A stretch of 61,609 bases of DNA, the filler included. It is 4 parts of 4 records of this genome, joined end to end, with 100 filler letters (N's around TTAATTAATTAA, not from the genome) between each part and the next. Parts side by side here need not be neighbours in the genome. Positions count along the whole stretch, not along the records: positions 1 to 12,515 come from SRR22947727_4961; positions 12,616 to 28,987 come from SRR22947727_4972; 2 more parts are not named here. One strand, 5' to 3'. Every line of letters starts with the position of its first letter. Position 1 is the stretch's first letter. The notes beneath the pieces were generated by a model. The model made no database searches, was not told the origin of the DNA, and worked only from the letters and a program-made list of their open reading frames with translations. Shown here one piece after another: positions 9,598-20,696 of this stretch. Position numbers and translations under genes: made by a program.

Positions 9598-12515
9598 AAC
9601 GTTATTTTACTGAATATGACAATAAAAAAGTTCCTGTCATTCGGGGTGCTTTTGGCGGCGGTGGCGGCGGTGGCAACCAAGGTTTTAATGAAGACCCAAA
9701 CTCACTATTTTCAACAGATATACTTTTTATCCTTTCAGCATTAGGAGAAGGACCTTTATATCGTATTAACCCTAATGGTCCTCAAGATATTGAAATCACT
9801 GAAAACTCTATTAATGATCTTATTAAAATAGACGGTGATGGGTCAGAAAATACTGAGGTATTTAAAACACTTAATAGAACAGGAACAATTAATCAAACCG
9901 TTCTCACCAACTTTGGTACGCAGACAGTAACTCCTCAACAGTTTAGTTCCCCTGTTACATTAAAAAAAGGTAATATTGATGGTGTTCCTGCAGCAAAAGT
10001 TGTACTCCAAGAAACAAGTGCAAGAGCGTGGGACGAAATTAACATTACATTAATAGTTCAGTCACTGTTTAAGCAAGAAGATAATGGCGATGTAAAAGCA
10101 CACTCAGTTGATATTAAAGTTACGTTTTTTGATTCTACTGGTGCTACTGAAATAGGTGTAGTTGAAGAAACTATTAATGGAAAAACTAATACTCCTTACA
10201 AAAAAGCTGTAAAATTCACTGTTCCTGAACAATATAAATCTGATGATGGATATCGATTCACTATTGAAAAAACCAGTGATGAATCTACAAGTTCTAAGAT
10301 ATCTGCTAATGTACAAGCTGTTGGCTGGTTTGAGATTGAAAACTCTCCCCAAGCTTATCCACGTACTGGTCTAGTTGGTTATGCTATTAAAGCAATAAAC
10401 GAACACTCTGGAGGAGTTCCTACTCTGAGTTCTTTAGTCAAAGGACTAATAGTTAAAGTTCCTTCTAACTATAATCAACCAACCTTAGGGGATGGACAAG
10501 TAGACTGGAGACAAGTAGAATTACCTGAAACTGGCACTTTTGGGTATACGACAAGTGGTTACACATTGCAAAAAGAGGCAGTAACTTATCAAACAGTTAC
10601 AGGTAGTGGTACTACCTCTAATCTATTTGGTTTAGGGATTGATGTTACTGTTACTGGGAGTAATCCTTATACTCTTACTATTACTAATAATAATGCTGAT
10701 GAAGATTCTGTAGAAATTGGGTTAAACACAACCGGAGCAACTAGTACCGAAACCGTTTCAACTGCTTCAGCTTCTGACTTTACTACAAATACTTACAATG
10801 ATCAAAGACAACACCTCCCTCAATATGTTACTCTTCCCTCTGTAAACACTAATGATAGACTGGTTAGTTTTTTAGTGTGGGGAGATAACGGTATTGACGG
10901 TAGATTTGATGGGAACTTTAAAGTATCACATTCAGGAGTTTATAACTATAATGTTAGATACTACATTCAAGGTGGTAGAACAGCAACTTTTGAGTTTTAT
11001 GTTAATGATGTACTAACAAATACCCACTCTATAACTACAAACAATACTTGGAAAAACGAAGATGGATCTTTAACCTTAAATGCCGGAGATACTGTTCGTA
11101 TAAATGCGACCGGACCTTCTGTAGGCTGGTCAGCAATAGGTGTGGATTTTGGTGCTTCTAATTTTAATTCAAGAGTCTTAACTACTGTGTCTTCAAACGT
11201 AACTGATCCAATTGTTCTGGCTTATGGAGAGTCTTATGTTTTATCAACTCTCTTAACGTCAACTTCCTGGGTTGTTCAGGCAGGAACTTTTGACCCAGCA
11301 GCTGAGGCTACTATAAAAACAACAGCCAATCCTCAAATATATGTAGGTACTTGGGATGGTACTTTTGTATATTCCTGGACACAAAATCCAGTATGGATAA
11401 TTTATGATATTCTAACAAACAAAACTTATGGATTAGGCATTCCAGAGGATAACATTGATAAATATAAATTTTATCAAATAGCACAGTATTGTGATGCATG
11501 CGATTCGATTACTGGAAGATTTATAGGCGTAGACGGGCAGGCAGATGGATCTTTTAGGTACAAACCTCGCGGCCAATTTACTTCAGTACGAGAAACTCTA
11601 GTAGGAATACCCACTGCTACAGCAATTAAAGAGAGAAGATTTATTTGTGATATGATCATCTCTGATCAAAAACAAACTATGGATACTTTAAACAGTATTG
11701 CAGCTTCATTTCGCGGAACAATAGTTCATTCGTTTGGAAAAATATCTCTAGCTGTTGATATGCCTGAACAGTTACCTGTTATGGTATTTAATGAACCTAA
11801 TATTAAGTCAGGAAGTTTTCAAATCAGCGGTGGAAGAGAGAGTGATATTATTACAGGAGTAGAAGTAAGCTATATTGAACCTACTAATCATTATAAGCGG
11901 GAAACTGTAAGGATAGACACTATTGATGCCAATGACGGAAGTGATAGGAGCACTATTGATAATATTTTAAATCTTGATTTAGCTGGTGTATCAAGAAGAA
12001 GTCAAGCACTTAGATTTGCACAGTACCAAATTGCAGCATCGCGGTATCTTCGTAGAATTATTAACTTCACTACTTCAACAGACGCACTTAACCTAGCTCC
12101 TGGAGATATTATTTCTGTTTCTCAGAATATGACAGGTATTAATTATGGCTTTGGCGGTAAGGTTATAGCAAACTCTTCGACAGCTACTAATACATCACAA
12201 GTTTATTTAGAACATTTTACTGTTCCAACTCTTTCTAGTTCTACTTTTACTGCTAATACTGGTCCTTTAGCTTTACGTGTGATTAAAGCTGATACGGATA
12301 GACTTGACCTATATATTCTTAGTAACAGTGCTTTTATACTAAGTTCTACTGATAATGTTTCTACTGGTTTTGATGAAGCTAATGTATCTGTAGTTGCGAG
12401 ATATAACCCTATTACTAAAGCTCTTGATTCATATACTCAATTTACAAGTAACAGTGCTCCCGCAAAAGGAGATTTATGGTCTATAGGAGAGTGGGAAAAT
12501 CCTGGTAATTTTTAT
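9594..12515 (+). CDS. Host specificity / central tail fibre protein J-like (3'-truncated by gap)
   Basis: LGEGP, YPRT, VKGLIVKVPSNY, WDGTF..SWTQNPVWIIYDILT..YGLG and YCD motifs typical of gpJ. Confidence 0.9.
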
Positions 12516-12615
12516 NNNNNNNNNNNNNNNNNNNNNNNNNNNNNNNNNNNNNNNNNNNNTTAATTAATTAANNNNNNNNNNNNNNNNNNNNNNNNNNNNN
12601 NNNNNNNNNNNNNNN
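12516..12615. other. Artificial contig-joining spacer
   Basis: N44 + TTAATTAATTAA (stops in all six frames) + N44. Confidence 0.98.
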
Positions 12616-12616
12616 T

Positions 12617-12718
12617 CACCTCTGGCATGCAGGCCGCGCCCGCGCCGCCGCAGCTGGTTTTGAAAAAGGAATCGACCGCAAAGCAGAACCCGTTCTGGGA
12701 ATGCCGGATCTCGACTGA
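12617..12718 (+). CDS. psbC: Photosystem II CP43 protein, C-terminal fragment
   Basis: Manual translation [33 protein letters not shown] is the conserved PsbC C-terminus. Not in the ORF track. Confidence 0.95.
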   Translation, partial: HLWHAGRARAAAAGFEKGIDRKAEPVLGMPDLD

Positions 12719-12752
12719 TCAATCAGCCGATTTCAACGATCGTCCAACGAGC

Positions 12753-12781
12753 AACCCTCATCACATAGATGGGGGTTTTTT
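12753..12781 (+). terminator. Rho-independent terminator after psbC
   Basis: aaccctcatc-acata-gatgggggtt hairpin followed by a T run. Confidence 0.75.
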
Positions 12782-12949
12782 ATTGGCCAGGTGAAATCAA
12801 CCAATCGTCCAGATCGCCAAAGCGCAACTCCAGTGAAACAATATCGTGAATATTTAGTTACTAATTAGACTACATATCGATTCAATCTCGTGAATCGTTG
12901 CAATACCTGCGATCTGGGCAGCATCGATTCGTAGCCTGAGTAGGCCGCT

Positions 12950-14143
12950 GTGATTGACGCCGCTGTGACGAACCCGGTGTCGGAGCCCGGAGCTAATCCC
13001 CCCGCAGTGGGAGTCAACACCCGAGTGATTCATCACGGTGAAAGCTTTGCTGGAGAGACCGGGTCGGTGATGCCGCCGATCTTCCCCACCAGCACCTTTG
13101 CCCATGGCAACGCTGGCGGGTTCGATTACACCCGTTCGGGCAATCCCAACTTCCGCATCCTTGATTCAGTGCTGGCGTCGGTGGAAGGCTGCGACCACGC
13201 CACTGTGTTCGGCTCCGGTGTGAGTGCCATCACTGCCGTGGTGTCGCAACTCAAACAGGGGGATCTGGTGCTCTGTGAAGAAAACCTCTACGGCTGCACA
13301 GTGCGGTTGTTCGAACAGGTGTTCGCAAAATTTGGACTGCGCACCGAATGGGTCGACTTCACCAAGCCCGAAGCTCTCGCCTCCATTCGGAACAGTCAGC
13401 CGGCCATGGTTTGGCTGGAAAGCCCCACAAACCCACTGCTGAAGGTGATTGACCTACAAGCCGTTTGCGCCGTAAGCCAACCGCTGGGCATTCCGGTTTT
13501 AGTGGACAACACCTTTGCCACAGCACTGGTTCAACGTCCGCTGGAGCTTGGTGCAACGCTTTCGCTCACCAGCACCACCAAATACATCAACGGACATTCC
13601 GATGCCCTCGGCGGTGTCGTCTGCACCAATGATCCGGACTGGCATCAAAAGATGGTGTTTTCCCAAAAGGCTCTGGGATTACAACCCTCCCCCTTCGACT
13701 GCTGGCTGATCACCCGCGGCATCAAGACACTGCCACTGCGACTGAAGCAACAAATGGCGAATGCCGCTGCCTTAGCTGATCAATTGGCGTTGCATCCGAA
13801 GGTGGAATGGGTGCGCTACCCCCACCGCAACGACCATCCTCAGCACGCTTTGGCCCAACGACAGATGAAGGGTGGAGGAGCCATCGTGACCGTGAGCTTC
13901 CAGGCCAGCCAAGAGGAAACCTATCGACTCTGCAAGCAATTGAACTGGTTCACGATGGCCGAAAGCCTTGGTGGCATTGAAAGCTTGATCTGCCACCCAG
14001 CCACCATGACCCATGCCGCCGTGTCGGCTGAGGTGAAGGCCAAACTCGGCATCGACGACGGCCTGGTGCGCTTCTCGGTGGGCTGCGAAGACTTGGTGGA
14101 TCTACAGGCCGACCTAGCGCAAGCCCTGGAGCTGCTGGCGTGA
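12950..14143 (+). CDS. metB: Cystathionine gamma-synthase/lyase (Cys/Met metabolism PLP enzyme)
   Basis: YTRSGNP, WLESPTNP, VDNTFAT, STTKYINGHSD (PLP Lys), AESLGG. Confidence 0.88.
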   Translation: MIDAAVTNPVSEPGANPPAVGVNTRVIHHGESFAGETGSVMPPIFPTSTFAHGNAGGFDYTRSGNPNFRILDSVLASVEGCDHATVFGSGVSAITAVVSQLKQGDLVLCEENLYGCTVRLFEQVFAKFGLRTEWVDFTKPEALASIRNSQPAMVWLESPTNPLLKVIDLQAVCAVSQPLGIPVLVDNTFATALVQRPLELGATLSLTSTTKYINGHSDALGGVVCTNDPDWHQKMVFSQKALGLQPSPFDCWLITRGIKTLPLRLKQQMANAAALADQLALHPKVEWVRYPHRNDHPQHALAQRQMKGGGAIVTVSFQASQEETYRLCKQLNWFTMAESLGGIESLICHPATMTHAAVSAEVKAKLGIDDGLVRFSVGCEDLVDLQADLAQALELLA

Positions 14144-15615
14144 GCGAGCGAAACCTGCTGAAGGAACCTTGCTGGCAGGGATCAGACCTCGGCCATCCTC
14201 TGCCCGATCACCCCCATGCCGTGTCGATGGCTCTGCCTCGATGGCGTGATGTGATCGCCTACGAAGAGCACGAAGCCACCTGCCGTGCAGCACTGCAAAC
14301 GATTTATCCCCGCTTTGGTCTGCACCCATTCCTGCAGGAGTTGGCCAGCCAAGTGAACAGTGAGGGCATGGATGTTTGGCCCTTCGCCAGCAGGGCCTCT
14401 GCCCAGGCGGCCCTGCAGCATTGCCAGAGGAGATCACCACAGTCGAAGCTTCGCTTGGTGGATCACCACACGATCAGCTGTTTATGCACGGATGCCGCGG
14501 CCAGCCCCCATGCCAAAGCCTTCTGGCAGCACACCGGACTCGGAGCCTCCTCGCGGCAGGCAGCCATCGCCCTCGGACGCGAAAAAGCGCCTTCTCCCGA
14601 CCAAGGGGAGCAGGCTCGGGTCCTCGTCCGGCAACGGCTCGCAGCAATCCACCATTGCGCCGAGGAGCACATCAGCCTCGTTCCTGCCGGCATGGCTGCA
14701 CTCCACGCTGGATTAGAGGCCGTTCAAACCCTGCGGCCTGGCCGGCCCACCTTGCAGCTCGGCTTCCCCTATGTGGATGTTCTGAAACAACCTCAGGTGG
14801 TGTTCAACGGCAGTGAGTTACTCAGCAGCACGGAGCTGGGCGATATCGCCGAAGCATTGGACCGGCTGGAGCCCTCAGCGGTGATTGTGGAGCTGCCCAG
14901 CAATCCGCTGTTGCGCTGTGTGGATCTACCGGCCGTCGCAGAGCTAGCCCATGCCCGCGGGATTCCTCTTATCGCCGACGACACCATCGGCACTGGGATC
15001 AACCTCGAGCCACTGCCGTACGCCGATCTGATCTTCACCTCGCTCACCAAAAGCTTTGCGGGACGCGGCAATGTGATGGCGGGCTGCCTGCTGATCAGCC
15101 CCAATTCACAGTGGACGTCCACTCTGCTGCAGATCGTCGCACCAAGGGCGAGCCTGAGCGACGCCGATGCGATCGCCCTGGAACGGAACAGCCGCGACGT
15201 AACTGAGCGCGTGCCACGCCTGGATGCAAATTGCCTTGCGCTGGCCCAAAAGCTGGAGAGGCATCCCGCTGTAAAGCGTGTGCTGCATCCCAAAGATTGC
15301 AAGAACTTCCAGGCCATCAAGAAACCCGGAGCCGGAGATGGTTGTCTGCTGAGTTTCGAACTGCACGCAGGCGAACGCAATGCCCAACGGGTGTTCGACG
15401 CCCTACAAATTTGCAAAGGGCCCAGCCTGGGCACCTCCTTCAGCCTGGTGTGTCCTTACGCCCAACTGGCTCACTACAACGAACTGAACTGGGCGGAAGC
15501 CTGCGGTGTTCCTGCCCATCTGCTCAGGGTTTCGGTTGGACTCGAAGAGCCAGACGAACTCTGGAACCGCTTCCAAACAGCCCTGGATCAGGCAACGGCC
15601 TCACTCAAAGTCTGA
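14140..15615 (+). CDS. Cystathionine gamma-synthase-like PLP-dependent enzyme
   Basis: ELPSNPLL, DDTIG, SLTKSF (PLP Lys), KGPSLGT, LRVSVGLE. Confidence 0.82.
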   Translation: MSERNLLKEPCWQGSDLGHPLPDHPHAVSMALPRWRDVIAYEEHEATCRAALQTIYPRFGLHPFLQELASQVNSEGMDVWPFASRASAQAALQHCQRRSPQSKLRLVDHHTISCLCTDAAASPHAKAFWQHTGLGASSRQAAIALGREKAPSPDQGEQARVLVRQRLAAIHHCAEEHISLVPAGMAALHAGLEAVQTLRPGRPTLQLGFPYVDVLKQPQVVFNGSELLSSTELGDIAEALDRLEPSAVIVELPSNPLLRCVDLPAVAELAHARGIPLIADDTIGTGINLEPLPYADLIFTSLTKSFAGRGNVMAGCLLISPNSQWTSTLLQIVAPRASLSDADAIALERNSRDVTERVPRLDANCLALAQKLERHPAVKRVLHPKDCKNFQAIKKPGAGDGCLLSFELHAGERNAQRVFDALQICKGPSLGTSFSLVCPYAQLAHYNELNWAEACGVPAHLLRVSVGLEEPDELWNRFQTALDQATASLKV

Positions 15616-15695
15616 AAATGCCCTTAACAACAGAAGTTTTTATGGCCTAAATCACTAAGTTGACAAAGTAGGGCCCATCCCAATTCAGACGCGTT

Positions 15696-16682
15696 ATGTC
15701 TCGCATTTACGACGACAACAGCCTCGCCATCGGCAACACCCCATTGGTGAAACTGAATCACGTCACCAAAAACTGCAAAGCCACCGTTCTGGCGAAGATC
15801 GAAGGGCGCAATCCCGCTTACAGCGTGAAGTGCCGCATCGGCGCCAACATGATCTGGGACGCAGAAAAGAGCGGCAAACTCACCAAAGACAAAGTGATCG
15901 TTGAGCCCACATCAGGCAATACAGGCATCGCCTTGGCCTTCACCGCGGCGGCGCGTGGCTACAAACTGGTGCTCACCATGCCGGAGTCGATGTCGATCGA
16001 ACGGCGTCGTGTGATGGCTGTAATGGGGGCCGAAATCGTGCTAACCGAGGCGGCCAAAGGCATGCCAGGGGCGATTGCGAAAGCCAAGGAGATTGCCGAT
16101 AGCAATCCCACGAAATATTTCATGCCAGGGCAATTCGATAACCCGGCCAATCCAGAGATTCACTTCAAAACCACAGGTCCTGAAATCTGGAACGATTGCG
16201 ACGGTGCCATCGACGTCTTCGTTGCTGGCGTAGGCACTGGCGGCACGATCACCGGTGTATCGCGCTATATCAAAAATGAAGCCGGTAAAGCGATTGAATC
16301 CGTCGCAGTAGAACCAACCAATAGCCCGGTGATCACCCAAACCATGAATGGTGAGGCCGTCAAGCCAGGTCCCCACAAGATTCAGGGCATCGGCGCTGGC
16401 TTTATCCCCAAGAACCTCGATCTCTCCGTTGTCGACAAAGTGGAGCAGGTGACCAATGAAGAATCCATCGCTATGGCGCTGCGATTAGCGGAAGAAGAAG
16501 GCCTGTTGGTTGGCATCTCTTGCGGTGCTGCGGCAGCTGCGGCGATTCGCCTCGCGGAACAGGATGCCTATGCAGGCAAAACGATTGTGGTGGTTCTACC
16601 CGACCTCGCTGAACGTTACATCTCCTCCGTGATGTTCGCTGAGGTGCCAACCGGCATCATTGAACAACCCGTCGCTGTCTGA
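15696..16682 (+). CDS. cysK: Cysteine synthase A
   Basis: [37 protein letters not shown]. Confidence 0.96.
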   Translation: MSRIYDDNSLAIGNTPLVKLNHVTKNCKATVLAKIEGRNPAYSVKCRIGANMIWDAEKSGKLTKDKVIVEPTSGNTGIALAFTAAARGYKLVLTMPESMSIERRRVMAVMGAEIVLTEAAKGMPGAIAKAKEIADSNPTKYFMPGQFDNPANPEIHFKTTGPEIWNDCDGAIDVFVAGVGTGGTITGVSRYIKNEAGKAIESVAVEPTNSPVITQTMNGEAVKPGPHKIQGIGAGFIPKNLDLSVVDKVEQVTNEESIAMALRLAEEEGLLVGISCGAAAAAAIRLAEQDAYAGKTIVVVLPDLAERYISSVMFAEVPTGIIEQPVAV

Positions 16683-16734
16683 CAGATAGACTCCGAAAAA
16701 TAGAGCGAACGATCCCCGGAACTAATTAACCGAG

Positions 16735-16772
16735 AGGAGCATCACGACTTTCATCGTGATGCTCCTTTTTTT
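16735..16772 (+). terminator. Rho-independent terminator after cysK
   Basis: aggagcatcacga / tcgtgatgctcct perfect 13-bp stem followed by a T run. Confidence 0.9.
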
Positions 16773-16839
16773 GAAGGTGAGGACAATTATTCTTGAACGT
16801 CCAAACACGTGTTAGAAGAAGTCAACTGACCAATTTGCA

Positions 16840-17370
16840 ATGGGCGCTCAACAGGTGGTGAGCCTTGGCAGCCTTGAATCAGATTTAGGACTCTCAAGAG
16901 TTGACTTGCTATTGATCATGCGAGAACTGGGCATCGAACCAGTCAGGAAAGGAATGCGAACGTGGATAAAACAGGAAGAGACCAACGAGATTTACACTCA
17001 CTTAGGACGCAACAACCATGAAGAGCCTCTCATTGCCGAAATAGTTACTATTGATACGCAGGAGCAATTCGATTCACTTGCTTTTTCCAGAAACCAAACC
17101 ACCAAAGAAATCAACGACGGTAACGAGAGCTTCAAAACCTATTCGCAGCTGAGGTTGCTACGGGAGCGAATAGAGCTGTTGGACCTGCTTAGAACTACAT
17201 CGATAGAAGTCCCCACGTCCGAGCTGTGTGCCCTTCTCAACCTGAAAAGAGTACCAACCCTTACAGAATTGCCAAATCACAAGACTGGCTTTAGTCGCAT
17301 GGGCCTTGTATTTGAAAAGATATCCAAAGAAGGCAATAGGCTTTCATGGAAAGTAGCGAGAGAAACATAA
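16840..17370 (+). CDS. Hypothetical protein, possible N-terminal HTH DNA-binding domain
   Basis: SLGSLESDLGLSRVDLLLIMRELGI resembles an HTH. ATG start, 176 aa. Confidence 0.55.
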   Translation: MGAQQVVSLGSLESDLGLSRVDLLLIMRELGIEPVRKGMRTWIKQEETNEIYTHLGRNNHEEPLIAEIVTIDTQEQFDSLAFSRNQTTKEINDGNESFKTYSQLRLLRERIELLDLLRTTSIEVPTSELCALLNLKRVPTLTELPNHKTGFSRMGLVFEKISKEGNRLSWKVARET

Positions 17371-17457
17371 GCAGGCGAGTAAAAAACCAAGTTCGTACCA
17401 TGGATCACACATATATTAAAAAAAAAAATTAAAATAAACGATCAACAGGGCACCAGC

Positions 17458-18051
17458 ATGGCTGGATTTTCGACAGCGCTTGCAACCGTGGCGCTCTCAG
17501 GAATCGGGGACAAAACTTTTTTGGCAGCCATTGCATTGGCAGCACGCCATCGAGCAAGGTGGGTCTTTACCGGAAGCGTATCAGCGTTGACCATCGGTGC
17601 AGGAATCTGGATCGCAACTGGAGTTTGGCTTCAAACATTTGTAGCAATAGAAACGATACAATTGGTGGCAGGGATAACATTTTTAATTTTCGGAATCAAT
17701 GCTCTACTCGACGCGTTCAAACGTCACAAAATTGACCTACAAGCAAAGAATAGAGAAAAAAAATCCTCAAATATTGCTCTACCCGCCAATGCAATCATAC
17801 GAAATTCATTTACGACAACATTTTTAGCCGAGTTTGGCGACAAGACACAATTAGCACTTCTAGGCCTTGCAGCAGTACCAAACTTATCAGCTATAAGCAT
17901 CTTCTCCGGTGCAGTGGCAGCGAATATTTTATTAGCCGTGATCGCGGTAACAGCAGGAAAATACCTCAAAGAAATTATATGTCAAAAGAAATTAACCTTC
18001 TTCAGTGGAATCCTATTTATCGTACTTGGTTTAAATATATTAATAACATAA
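17458..18051 (+). CDS. GDT1/TMEM165 (UPF0016) family Ca2+/Mn2+ transporter
   Basis: Two repeats GIGDKT and EFGDKTQ in a hydrophobic multi-TM protein. Confidence 0.88.
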   Translation: MAGFSTALATVALSGIGDKTFLAAIALAARHRARWVFTGSVSALTIGAGIWIATGVWLQTFVAIETIQLVAGITFLIFGINALLDAFKRHKIDLQAKNREKKSSNIALPANAIIRNSFTTTFLAEFGDKTQLALLGLAAVPNLSAISIFSGAVAANILLAVIAVTAGKYLKEIICQKKLTFFSGILFIVLGLNILIT

Positions 18052-18065
18052 AACTGTAGAATCAA

Positions 18066-20144
18066 TCAAAACCTTGAGCTAGAAACAGACAAATTTCTAA
18101 TTGTGTTGATTTCAGCGAGCAATGGGGCTGCATTAAACAAAACCAGTAATTGGAGAGGGGTGAAGGTAGCAAAAAGGGATAAACCAGTAAGCAATACAGA
18201 GGATATAACGAGTAAAGTATTGTTAGCCTGTGATGAACGTGAAAAATTCCTACTCAACACGACCAACCGTGAAAGCCATAATAAATCTCCAGCCAAAATA
18301 ATATCGCAAACTGTTTTAGAGATAAAACCTTCTTCATCATAATTAAAACCAATGGCAACATCAGCACAAGCGAGAGCTGGTATATCAACCACAACATCAC
18401 CAAGAACAGCAACCTTCCCAGAAGAAGATTGGCGACAATTAGCAACGCATTGAAGCCTAGAGTTAGACTCATCTAAACTACCACAATGAGACCCGAATGT
18501 TGAAATTGAAACACCGAGACTGCTTAATTGACTAGAAACAAGTAGATAATCAGAATCGGGAACCCATCGCAGCCTTAGCTGAGAAGAATAAACGAATCCT
18601 TGTGCAATATGCACAATAAGATCATCCCCATCATTATAGAATTTCAATAAAAAAGTAGGATGCCCAACAAGACTTACCAGACAAGATTCGTGAGATGAAT
18701 TGACAACATCAAACTCTAAAGACTGAATAGGTATAGCATCAAAGAAGAGATTCTCTAGGATGCCCCAAAAAACTGTGGAAACATCAGCCTGAAGATATTG
18801 AGCAATAGACCAAAGGATCTGAAGAGGCTCAATAGTATAGTTCAAGGAATTATTAGAGATAACAGATGAGACGATCTGGTAACTACCAAAGTGATGCAAT
18901 GCGTCTATGCTTATCAATATGTGTTCAACTTCTGAAAGGGTAGGTAAAACAAGTACGTCATTAACATGCACACCATTTAACTGCATATCAAACAAAGCTG
19001 TTGCAGAAGAAGAAATCCGTGCACGTTCACAATCTTTTGAAGGAGAAAAGGATAAAATACCAATTGCACGTTCGGTTAAACCATTAAACAGGGACAAAAA
19101 ACCCAATCCCAATTGAAGAGGGGGATAAATTTTATGGTAAATAGATTGGGTCTTCTTTTGAAAAGAAGAAGCACTAAACTGATCTAAATGACGATCTTCA
19201 ATCTGAAAGTCAGAAATATCATCAAAAGCCTCTAAAACCTTACATTTAGCAAAACCATGCAGGACAGAAGATCCAAAGGGAAGTTGATCACCTCGCTCCA
19301 CTTTTATTGGAAGCGAAGAACCATTGCTGAGACTATTCGACACAACGAGTTCCCCATCTACAACAATTGAAGGGAGATAAACATGATTTCCAGAATTTAA
19401 GTTATAGCAATCACCAACAGAAACATCACTAAGGGGAGACAACACAGTAGTATCATTATTTTGGATACATGGAATCATTACACTCGATTTAAGACGATCT
19501 AAAAAATCAAGAAACTGAGCACTAGATCCATCAGTACTTTCATTAAGAGACTGTATGGCAGAAGTTGAACTACCAATGAAGCGGTCAACAAGCAACTCTT
19601 TGGACAAACCAGAAACGATTAATGATGTTGATAAAACAAGCTCTGCAGATGATTCAGGAAGCAACTGAGAGGACGACTCATTTGCAAACCGATCAGCAAC
19701 TTGATCGAAAAACTCTCGGATTAAAGGCCATATCAAAACTGCAGATGTAACACTAAGGATCCATGGAGAAATAACAATAAAAGTATCAACCAACAAAACT
19801 GAACCGAGAACAAAACTACGGTTGAGTGCAGATTTCAATGAAGGGTTATGAACAATATTCGTAAATTGATTTTCATCAGACAATATTGTCTCAAGAGTAG
19901 AGTCTGCGAATGGATCAATAAAACAGCCTTCAAGTAGGGATAATAATGAACCTAATTCACCTGGAGGAAAACGAATAACAACTGTGCTAGAGAAGGTATT
20001 AATACGGAATCCATATAACCAATGAGTTCGATGTAATAGAGCCGCGCAATGCTGTCTTAGACCGGGAAATCTAGATAGATCAGGATGATAGACCCTAACC
20101 CTGTCTTTCAATTCACTTCGAAGGATCCAAGGGGTAGATGACAT
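18066..20144 (-). CDS. Degenerate P1B-type ATPase-like protein with N-terminal HMA_2-like domain
   Basis: Domain order of a P1B ATPase, but TGE is replaced by SNGS, DKTGT is absent (ILISIDAL) and GDGxND is GDVVVD. ALACADVAIG...CDIIL is retained. Confidence 0.7.
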   Translation of the reverse strand: MSSTPWILRSELKDRVRVYHPDLSRFPGLRQHCAALLHRTHWLYGFRINTFSSTVVIRFPPGELGSLLSLLEGCFIDPFADSTLETILSDENQFTNIVHNPSLKSALNRSFVLGSVLLVDTFIVISPWILSVTSAVLIWPLIREFFDQVADRFANESSSQLLPESSAELVLSTSLIVSGLSKELLVDRFIGSSTSAIQSLNESTDGSSAQFLDFLDRLKSSVMIPCIQNNDTTVLSPLSDVSVGDCYNLNSGNHVYLPSIVVDGELVVSNSLSNGSSLPIKVERGDQLPFGSSVLHGFAKCKVLEAFDDISDFQIEDRHLDQFSASSFQKKTQSIYHKIYPPLQLGLGFLSLFNGLTERAIGILSFSPSKDCERARISSSATALFDMQLNGVHVNDVLVLPTLSEVEHILISIDALHHFGSYQIVSSVISNNSLNYTIEPLQILWSIAQYLQADVSTVFWGILENLFFDAIPIQSLEFDVVNSSHESCLVSLVGHPTFLLKFYNDGDDLIVHIAQGFVYSSQLRLRWVPDSDYLLVSSQLSSLGVSISTFGSHCGSLDESNSRLQCVANCRQSSSGKVAVLGDVVVDIPALACADVAIGFNYDEEGFISKTVCDIILAGDLLWLSRLVVLSRNFSRSSQANNTLLVISSVLLTGLSLFATFTPLQLLVLFNAAPLLAEINTIRNLSVSSSRF

Positions 20145-20168
20145 GGCTGATGAGATCAGAAAAAAGTG

Positions 20169-20696
20169 TCAGAGAACGAAAGGACGACGAACTGAGATTG
20201 CCATTTCCAGGAGAGACGTAGCCAGAATCATCAACCAGATTCCGGGAGATAATGGCAAAAACAATCCGAAAAAAGAGAATATGAAGACAATGCCAGATGT
20301 GAAAAGCAAAGATAGGGATAAGCAAATAGAGATGCCATTAAACAAAGTATTGAGTACGTTCGACCCAAGAGAAAATGAAAAAGTATTCCGGTCATGGATG
20401 ACCACAACGGGACTAAGTGGAAGAACTGACACATCAAAACCGAGTTGGTGGAGTTGCTTAGAGACTCCTTGGTAAACATAGGAAGAACGGCTAGGGAGAG
20501 AAGGCATACAATTTAATGATTGAATAACAAGAGAAGATGCACTAGGATTAATCCTTACAGACCAAGAGTGAAGTGGAAAAAACTGATGAAGATGATCTAA
20601 GAGAATATCCCAAGGAACCGCAAGAGGTCCAGTTAATTTGAATCTCCAGCGCTGGGAAGTTTGATGAACAAGATCTAACTGACAAAGCATATTCAA
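20169..20696 (-). CDS. HMA_2/CoBaHMA-like domain protein with C-terminal membrane hairpin
   Basis: LVHQTSQRWRF...VRINPSASSLVI, then a TM segment GLFLPLSPGIWL. Abuts the ATPase stop codon. Confidence 0.65.
   Translation of the reverse strand: MNMLCQLDLVHQTSQRWRFKLTGPLAVPWDILLDHLHQFFPLHSWSVRINPSASSLVIQSLNCMPSLPSRSSYVYQGVSKQLHQLGFDVSVLPLSPVVVIHDRNTFSFSLGSNVLNTLFNGISICLSLSLLFTSGIVFIFSFFGLFLPLSPGIWLMILATSLLEMAISVRRPFVL

Noticed and set aside
12560-12571. TTAATTAATTAA palindrome repeated three times
   Set aside because: Each copy is centred in an identical N44 spacer; it is an assembly linker, not biology.
20143-20475. 110-aa plus-strand ORF
   Set aside because: Antisense shadow of the HMA_2-domain gene 20169-20696, which fits the minus-strand operon.
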